Of a stretch of 64,000 nucleotides of DNA, positions 57,806-64,000 are shown piece by piece. The stretch is from positions 1 through 64,000 of the IMG/VR virus record IMGVR_UViG_3300017917_003822; one strand, written 5' to 3'. The notes beneath the pieces are model-generated. The model worked only from the letters and a program-made list of their open reading frames with translations, made no database searches and was not told the origin of the DNA. Position 1 is the first letter of the stretch; each line of letters starts with the position of its first letter. The position numbers and the translations under genes are program-made.

Positions 57806-58531
57806 TTATGATACGTATTCTATAAATTTTTCTTTGGCTAGCTTGTAGATTTCAGAATTCTCATCGAAGTTTTCGTATATCTCTATAACGTGTAGATCTG
57901 GTGATATCTTTTTTTCCGCAGAAAATTCTTCCAATATCTCGTGGTAAATGTACTCGTAATTTAGGGAGAAAGTCTGATTTTTTATGTGTATTTTTTTAAG
58001 AACACAAATTTGTTTGTCGCCTTCCTTTGTTTTCATGATAACCGAACCCTGCCAATAGTAGGATATTATTTTATCAGTAATCATATTTCTGACTATCAAT
58101 ATTCCGGAATTACTCTTTTCGTTGATTTCTAATAAATTTCCAGGATTTACCCTAAATATTCTTATTTTTGATTCTTCTTCCTTCAATATGTCTAAGCAAA
58201 CCTCTGAATATTCATATAAAGTTTCCAGCGAGGATTCAACTATTTTCGTGATTGTATCCTTTTCGATTTCCGATAATTTTTCGTATTTGAATTTTTTAAT
58301 AAGATCTTTTTCCTCATTTTTGAGTTGTCTTATTATGGACTGGTTGATTTTTTTAGTCTCTTTAAATTCATTCAGTATCTTAACTATATTCGAAACTGAT
58401 CTCAGTATAGAATAGCAATTTTCAGCATCTAAATTTTTGCTAATTGATTTTAGATAATCTAATAAGATGTATTCCTTGTGCTCCGGGTCTATTGGATCTT
58501 TTATGAACCAAATTGGACTTATATTCTTCAT
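57806..58531 (-). CDS. Hypothetical protein (only convincing minus-strand gene)
   Basis: 241-aa ORF filling the gap and ending at the bidirectional terminator; WFIKDPIDPEHKEYILLDYL. Confidence 0.8.
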   Translation of the reverse strand: MKNISPIWFIKDPIDPEHKEYILLDYLKSISKNLDAENCYSILRSVSNIVKILNEFKETKKINQSIIRQLKNEEKDLIKKFKYEKLSEIEKDTITKIVESSLETLYEYSEVCLDILKEEESKIRIFRVNPGNLLEINEKSNSGILIVRNMITDKIISYYWQGSVIMKTKEGDKQICVLKKIHIKNQTFSLNYEYIYHEILEEFSAEKKISPDLHVIEIYENFDENSEIYKLAKEKFIEYVS

Positions 58532-58619
58532 ACTCCAACTTTTTAAAAAACATGCTTTCCTTATATATTTGAAATATAAAAATGTTACAAAAGGATATAT
58601 AGAATAAAAAAAAAGAAGA

Positions 58620-59069
58620 ATGTCAAGAATATACGACTACACAGCGTTTTCAGGAAATTCGAGCAAGGGTGGAAATACCAATGATTATTCTTTTGGTATT
58701 GATATGAAATATGTTGATATTGATCTTTTCGGTAGACCTGAAGAATATGAGGACATTAGCGATGCCAAGGCTTTTATTGAATATTCTGTTGATTTGGTGG
58801 TAAAAAAAGGAGGGATCGACGGGATGATCTTTAATGTAAATTCAATAGAGTTAGAATTTGAGGTTGATGATTATCCGAATGGATCTAAGGAATTTGATAT
58901 TGATCTTATACCAGGAAAAACTGTAGATTACAGTCAGATAAAAACAGAGATTCATGAAAGTCCAATCCCAACTTATCCTGATAAAATCGAGATAAACATG
59001 AATAAATCCACAGATCCCAAAAACTTTGACATAACCGTTTATTTTGGAAATGATGTCAGATATAGATAA
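58620..59069 (+). CDS. Hypothetical late protein
   Basis: GATATATA at 58594; acidic, beta-rich. Confidence 0.65.
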   Translation: MSRIYDYTAFSGNSSKGGNTNDYSFGIDMKYVDIDLFGRPEEYEDISDAKAFIEYSVDLVVKKGGIDGMIFNVNSIELEFEVDDYPNGSKEFDIDLIPGKTVDYSQIKTEIHESPIPTYPDKIEINMNKSTDPKNFDITVYFGNDVRYR

Positions 59070-59070
59070 A

Positions 59071-60024
59071 ATGAGAGTTTTAAATTTCAAAGATTTCATA
59101 TTAAATGAATCTGATTCCGGGGGTTACGGAATTCCCGACGTTAAGAATATCATGGATGATGGTTATGAATTAACTGCGGAGGATTTTGTTGGTCAAAAAT
59201 CAACACCACCGGTGGGAAAAATATTGGTTGTTGATGATAGCAATAATTCACTAACCCTATCTTTCAGAGATAGATCAGGTAAGATGGACAGAAAGCTGAT
59301 GGTAGGTAAGGATTCCGTTAAATTCTCAAAGAATTCGGATGGGAACTATATAATAAAAATAGATCCAAACCTTAGATGGTTGAATACCGGTAACAATAGG
59401 GAAAATATAGAGGATTTTATAGAGGATCTGATAAATTGTAAATTGGATTCTGAGAATCATGAAAGTAGATTTATTGACGGTATTAAGGATGATGTTTATT
59501 TCATAATGGATATTCTTGGAATTCCTTGTGAAGTTTCAGATATTAAGAAAATAGAGGACAATAAATATGAGATTACTTTGGATAATGACATGGTGATTGA
59601 TGTTAAAAAGAGATCATCGGATGACCTTGTTGGTAATTTTGATATTTATAAAAAACATTCTGATGTTTATCCGTCCGTTACAATAAAGAGCGATTTAGGA
59701 AAGATGCATTTCAATTTCGATCAGGATAATCTTGATGGTAATGAGGAGGTTGAATCGGATATAACTGACGTAAGTAAAAATGATTACTTAAACTTCCTTC
59801 TTAAGAAATCACTTGGTTTAGAAACTACCGCCGACGAGGAAAGACTATATAATCACTTCTTAGAAGTTATAGATTCTAAAGATTGGGAATATTCTGAAAT
59901 AGACGAAGAGGAAAAAAAGGAGAGGGGTAGAAAAACTCAAAAATATATAAAGAAACTTAAGAAACTTGTATTATCATTCCTACCGGAAACTAAGATTCGT
60001 GAGATTTATCCTGATAAAAATTAA
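59071..60024 (+). CDS. Putative internal head protein
   Basis: Leader MRVLNFKDFILNES; start at 59071 preferred over 59044. Confidence 0.65.
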   Translation: MRVLNFKDFILNESDSGGYGIPDVKNIMDDGYELTAEDFVGQKSTPPVGKILVVDDSNNSLTLSFRDRSGKMDRKLMVGKDSVKFSKNSDGNYIIKIDPNLRWLNTGNNRENIEDFIEDLINCKLDSENHESRFIDGIKDDVYFIMDILGIPCEVSDIKKIEDNKYEITLDNDMVIDVKKRSSDDLVGNFDIYKKHSDVYPSVTIKSDLGKMHFNFDQDNLDGNEEVESDITDVSKNDYLNFLLKKSLGLETTADEERLYNHFLEVIDSKDWEYSEIDEEEKKERGRKTQKYIKKLKKLVLSFLPETKIREIYPDKN

Positions 60025-60044
60025 ATAACACCAATTAACGAAAC

Positions 60045-60083
60045 AAAGACCATTCTAGATTCTACAATTTAGGATGGTTTTTT
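60045..60083 (+). terminator. Intrinsic terminator with G-U pairs
   Basis: ACCATTCTAGATT-CTAC-AATTTAGGATGGT followed by a T tract. Confidence 0.65.
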
Positions 60084-60146
60084 ATTGCTGGCTTATGCTC
60101 GGACAAATAGAAACAATCCTCTTAAAGAAATGTAAAATATATAAAG

Positions 60147-60821
60147 ATGCGTGATTTTATTGCTCTTTTATTTGGAAAAAACAAAAAAAGTAAAAAAATG
60201 GAAATAACACAAAAAACCCTGGATGAGGCTAGATCTATGTACTCAAACATGGATTTCCAGTGGATTAAGGGTGATGATGCTCTCTCATTAGAAACTTTCA
60301 AATCCATAAACATGGTGGGTGATCTAGCCTTTATCGAGTTTGCTAGCGGTAAAAGAATTAACATGGAACTTTTGGATGAATATATGACATATTTCCCATC
60401 CCAACCAAAAACGAATTCATTGCCACCCGTACGTACCGAACAACAATCTTTTGTCGAGCCGCCAAGAATTTCCACAGTAACGGAGGTTGTTTACAAGGAT
60501 CAACAACAATCTTCAGTAGATATCGACTCTCCGATATATAAGCTATTAAGAAAGCAAAAAAAGAACATTGTTGAGGTTTCTATAAAAATGAAGCTTAATC
60601 TTCCTCCTAAGGATCTGTATGGTGTTCTTTCTAGCTCCTTTGAGGATGCGGATAACGAGATTATAAACTTTGTTTTGGATGGAGTTGATATTGATGATAT
60701 TAAGGCTTCTTTAGCTGAATCGATCAAGAAAACATACTATTCAGTCAGCAAACCAGAATCAGTAAAATCCGGAGCTTCTGAAAAAAACACAAACAGAAAG
60801 AATTCAACAGAAAATGAATAA
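60147..60821 (+). CDS. Hypothetical protein
   Basis: Long ORF in operon; the start may be 60198. Confidence 0.7.
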   Translation: MRDFIALLFGKNKKSKKMEITQKTLDEARSMYSNMDFQWIKGDDALSLETFKSINMVGDLAFIEFASGKRINMELLDEYMTYFPSQPKTNSLPPVRTEQQSFVEPPRISTVTEVVYKDQQQSSVDIDSPIYKLLRKQKKNIVEVSIKMKLNLPPKDLYGVLSSSFEDADNEIINFVLDGVDIDDIKASLAESIKKTYYSVSKPESVKSGASEKNTNRKNSTENE

Positions 60822-61395
60822 AGAAAAAGTTTTACTTAACACCAAAAAATTCGATGTTGTTGAGAGAGGGGATAAACCAGGTATAGTTTCCAAAGTTGAA
60901 ACCGTAATGCTTCTACCTTTTATTACCGACGATAACGGGCTCCCATTAATGCTTGGAGTTCTGAAGGAAAGAAATCTTTTCAGAGAGGGTGGATATGCAC
61001 TGTCTCTCATCACAGGTACCTGCGAGGAAGAAGATCCAGATTATCTTCAAACGGCTAAGAGGGAACTTAAGGAAGAATCTGGTTATGACGTTCCTGATAA
61101 TAATAAATGGTATTTTCTAGGAACCGTTACTGCAACTAAATTCGTTGAAAAAGAATACCCATGTTTTGCAATTGATGTTACTGGGATAGAGAAAGGCGAT
61201 CCACAAACGGATGGATCTGAGCAAGAGGCTCTTTCATCTTTCCATTTTATTCCTGCCAACGACGTGGTTAAATCTAAGGATGTTTTCATACCTGCATTAT
61301 TTCTTAAACTTTTTAAGTTCGTTGTTGGTATGGATTTATATAACAGAGATGATTCAGTTTTTACTAAAAGTAAAGGATTCACAGCAGAAATTTAA
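60814..61395 (+). CDS. NUDIX hydrolase
   Basis: Nudix box GTCEEEDPDYLQTAKRELKEESGY. Confidence 0.88.
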   Translation: MNKEKVLLNTKKFDVVERGDKPGIVSKVETVMLLPFITDDNGLPLMLGVLKERNLFREGGYALSLITGTCEEEDPDYLQTAKRELKEESGYDVPDNNKWYFLGTVTATKFVEKEYPCFAIDVTGIEKGDPQTDGSEQEALSSFHFIPANDVVKSKDVFIPALFLKLFKFVVGMDLYNRDDSVFTKSKGFTAEI

Positions 61396-61416
61396 AGATT
61401 TAAACATTTTCATTTT

Positions 61417-61716
61417 ATGAGTAATAGAAGAGAACGAAGACAGATACTTAGAAGAATGGGACTTCTTTCTGAGGTTAAGTCCAAAAAAAATACACTAGAA
61501 AATTCCATCGAAGATGGAAAAAACAAGCACCGTCAGCATTTACAAAGGGTTAAAAATGATTTAATAAAAAAAGAGAAAGAAAAATCGACTAAATCAGAGA
61601 ATTCTGATGACTTTTTCTTTTATAGAAATCAAAATAATGAGTACTCCTCATTAAAATCAATCTTATTAAATAGAGATTGGAGTAACTTCGAATCGGAAGA
61701 TAGTGATGCAGAGTAA
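61417..61716 (+). CDS. Basic hypothetical protein
   Basis: ORF starting MSNRRERR. Confidence 0.6.
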   Translation: MSNRRERRQILRRMGLLSEVKSKKNTLENSIEDGKNKHRQHLQRVKNDLIKKEKEKSTKSENSDDFFFYRNQNNEYSSLKSILLNRDWSNFESEDSDAE

Positions 61717-62035
61717 AAATAAAATAAACTTCTACATATCAAGATATTCACCAAAGGAGGCTAAAAAAAGAGCTACTGATGGGAATGATTTCTATGTGGT
61801 TGACATTTCCAAAATAATAAGGGAACTTGGATATGAATTGGACAATCTTTCCGATGAATCTGAGTTTATAATAAACTACACCATTCGCAAGAAAATCTTA
61901 CAAGGAATATATAGTACAAAGTGTGACGGTATACTTGTGTGCTATAAGAGTCTTTCCGATGATTTTCTTGAAAATCTGGAGATTTTTCTGGATGAACATG
62001 TAGAAGAATTTGAGTATACCATTCACAGTCTTTAA
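61706..62035 (+). CDS. Hypothetical protein
   Basis: ORF in operon context. Confidence 0.6.
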   Translation: MQSKNKINFYISRYSPKEAKKRATDGNDFYVVDISKIIRELGYELDNLSDESEFIINYTIRKKILQGIYSTKCDGILVCYKSLSDDFLENLEIFLDEHVEEFEYTIHSL

Positions 62036-62053
62036 AAAAAAGATTAATGGTAA

Positions 62054-63904
62054 ATGCCAAATGGACCTAGTGCTCAAGAGCAACTTTTAAGACAGAATGT
62101 TTCTGATGTAGTAAACAGAAACAGTAATCTCGGATCTAATAATCCATTTAAAGGACCTACTGCTAGGAGTCTCTTCTATGATGCTGGGAGGAGAAATCCA
62201 AGCAAATATGGTCAGTTTTTATTCTATGCTTTAGGTAACAATGATAATAACTTTGTTGACGCCTATTATAAATCTGAGAATGCTCAATATAATAGGAAAG
62301 TATCCTCTTTAAAATCAAAAAATCCATCTGCCGGATATCTCGTAAGAGAAACAGCAACGCTGGAAGCACTTAGTGCCAATCCCAATGGTATCCTTTCTGG
62401 ATTAGTTTCTAATTTCGAAAAAAACATAGTCGGTGGGTTATCCGCACCTTATTATTGGAAGGATTTCTTATACTGTAAGTATTATGGTACAATACCAAAT
62501 AACTACATGATAACATTGAGAAGGTTTCCTACACCAGTTTTGGATAATCTCTCGGTTCCGGATTCCATAAAATCTTCGGAATCTTATAGAACCCAGGGAG
62601 CGGGAAGACCCGTTGCCCAAGCAGTAACTTGGTTTGGTGGGAATACCGGAAACACTTTAAGTTCTCTTATTGAATTTAGTACTGGACTTGAATGGGCACC
62701 AAGATCTCAATCCGATATAATAGAGCAGGAAGCTTTTTCTAAGGGTTTCTTTAATGATCTACCTTTTCAATGGTTTTCTCAGGCAGCTAGAGCAGCTACA
62801 GGAACGGATGCACTTAGTAATGGTGCCAATGTTATCGGGGAGTCAGCAGTTATTGGTTTCGATCCAAATAACACATCCATAGAAAATCAAAGGTTTAGAG
62901 GTTTAAGAGACAGAGCGAAGGACGGTAGAATGGGTCTTCTTAGTGAATATCAATGGGTTCCTATGGATGTCGTGAAGGACACTCAAGTTAGAACTTCTGG
63001 ACTTAAATTCACTTGGGGTGGACTAAGTATTGTTTTTGAATATGATTTGACCTCGGTCGGTGAGGTCAATACGAAGGCTGCTATGCTGGATATTCTCGGT
63101 AATTTACTTTCTATTGGAACCAATTATGGTAATTTTTTAACTCCCGATGTTCGATATCAATCTAATTTTGCTGGTATTGGTTTCCCTGGTGGTGATGCTG
63201 GACTTGCTCTGTTTTACAAGGACCCTTTGGCATTTTTGCTCTCCTATGGTGAAAAGATAGTTAACCCGAAGGGTGATGCCATCAAATCCGCTCAGGATGC
63301 ACAGATAACTGGACAAATAAATCCATCGGATTCTTCCAGTGGTACTTTTGATACCGAGGTTGCTGATCTAAAAGCACAGCTTTCTAAAATTAGTGAGGAT
63401 GGTATAAGTATAGATAAAATTAAAGATCTAGCTAAAAAATTTCCCGCAGCTTTTGGTAGAATATTACAGGGTGTAGTTACTCCGGATTTTTTAGAAAAAT
63501 ATCAAGCTTCTGCAAGTTTGCTGACTGGTGCTCCCATAGGGGAATGGCATTTGACGATAGGCAATCCTTGTAACCCGATTGCTATGATTGGAAATCTTAT
63601 ATGCGACGATGTTAAAATAACTTTTGGCGACACCTTGGGTCCTGATGATTTTCCAACCACACTTAAAGCAACATTTACCCTTGCGCATGCAAGAGCAAGA
63701 GAAAGAGGTGAGATCGAAAGTATATTCAACCGAGGGGATGGTAGATTGTATCAAACAACACTTAGTACATCTTCGAGTTCTCAATCTTATAGTGCATTTG
63801 CAGATACTGCGGGTAATATTTTAAGCGAGCAAACTAAGGATAATATACTTAATTTCAATTTTTATAAATCTGGATTACCAGATCAACAATCGCCAAATCA
63901 ATAA
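62054..63904 (+). CDS. Probable baseplate/tail-tube initiator (gp48/gp54-like) structural protein
   Basis: C-terminal WHLTIGNP...IGNLICDDVKITF...FPTTLKATFTL resembles tube-fold baseplate proteins. Confidence 0.5.
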   Translation: MPNGPSAQEQLLRQNVSDVVNRNSNLGSNNPFKGPTARSLFYDAGRRNPSKYGQFLFYALGNNDNNFVDAYYKSENAQYNRKVSSLKSKNPSAGYLVRETATLEALSANPNGILSGLVSNFEKNIVGGLSAPYYWKDFLYCKYYGTIPNNYMITLRRFPTPVLDNLSVPDSIKSSESYRTQGAGRPVAQAVTWFGGNTGNTLSSLIEFSTGLEWAPRSQSDIIEQEAFSKGFFNDLPFQWFSQAARAATGTDALSNGANVIGESAVIGFDPNNTSIENQRFRGLRDRAKDGRMGLLSEYQWVPMDVVKDTQVRTSGLKFTWGGLSIVFEYDLTSVGEVNTKAAMLDILGNLLSIGTNYGNFLTPDVRYQSNFAGIGFPGGDAGLALFYKDPLAFLLSYGEKIVNPKGDAIKSAQDAQITGQINPSDSSSGTFDTEVADLKAQLSKISEDGISIDKIKDLAKKFPAAFGRILQGVVTPDFLEKYQASASLLTGAPIGEWHLTIGNPCNPIAMIGNLICDDVKITFGDTLGPDDFPTTLKATFTLAHARARERGEIESIFNRGDGRLYQTTLSTSSSSQSYSAFADTAGNILSEQTKDNILNFNFYKSGLPDQQSPNQ

Positions 63905-63910
63905 TAAAAA

Positions 63911-64000
63911 ATGGGATATTTTAATATAGATACTCTATCGAAAAATAAATCGGTATTTAATCCAAGAACATCTTTGGAATCTACCAGCAGCTATGGTATA
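63911..64000 (+). CDS. Start of a gene truncated by the window edge
   Basis: ATG after an A-rich leader; frame stays open to the end (MGYFNIDTLSKNK...). Confidence 0.55.
   Translation, partial: MGYFNIDTLSKNKSVFNPRTSLESTSSYGI

Noticed and set aside
871-63824. Many short minus-strand and nested ORFs in the track (e.g. 12364..12786, 19896..20393, 50284..50793, 58122..58415)
   Set aside because: They overlap well-supported genes, lack motifs and have the composition expected of antisense shadows.
1-64000. Stop-codon reassignment, as in some jumbo phages
   Set aside because: Conserved genes are full length and densely packed in the standard code; TAG and TGA both end genes at sensible positions.
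1-64000. tRNA, rRNA or structured ncRNA genes
   Set aside because: Intergenic gaps are short and explained by promoters and terminators; no cloverleaf or T-loop motif was seen by eye (tRNAscan-SE and Infernal were not run).

Overview
A 64-kb, AT-rich, almost entirely plus-strand segment of a large T4-like (contractile-tailed, probably jumbo) bacteriophage genome read in the standard code. It holds the virion core: neck, terminase, sheath, two tail tubes, gp26/gp51, tape measure, two portals, a protease-scaffold fusion and the major capsid protein. It also holds replication and nucleotide genes (ligase, clamp loader, RNase H, exonucleases, dCMP deaminase, kinases, NUDIX) and two phage sigma factors. 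TAnnTTTG promoters and A-rich leaders without Shine-Dalgarno sites point to a Bacteroidota host. Main observations: (1) an apparent virion protein-modification system, with a Ser/Thr collagen-like fibre beside an Aah/TibC-type O-heptosyltransferase, GT2, GT4, a 2OG-Fe(II) hydroxylase and a GAMT/Rmt2-like methyltransferase, a separate HldE-type heptose kinase, and G/A/T/S-rich motifs shared by capsid and sheath; (2) two full-length tandem portal genes; (3) two candidate programmed frameshifts; (4) three promoter classes readable from the sequence that imply a host sigma -> ECF sigma -> gp55 cascade; (5) a family of late proteins with a T4-like capsid-targeting leader. All functional calls come from motif recognition by eye; no database searches were run.
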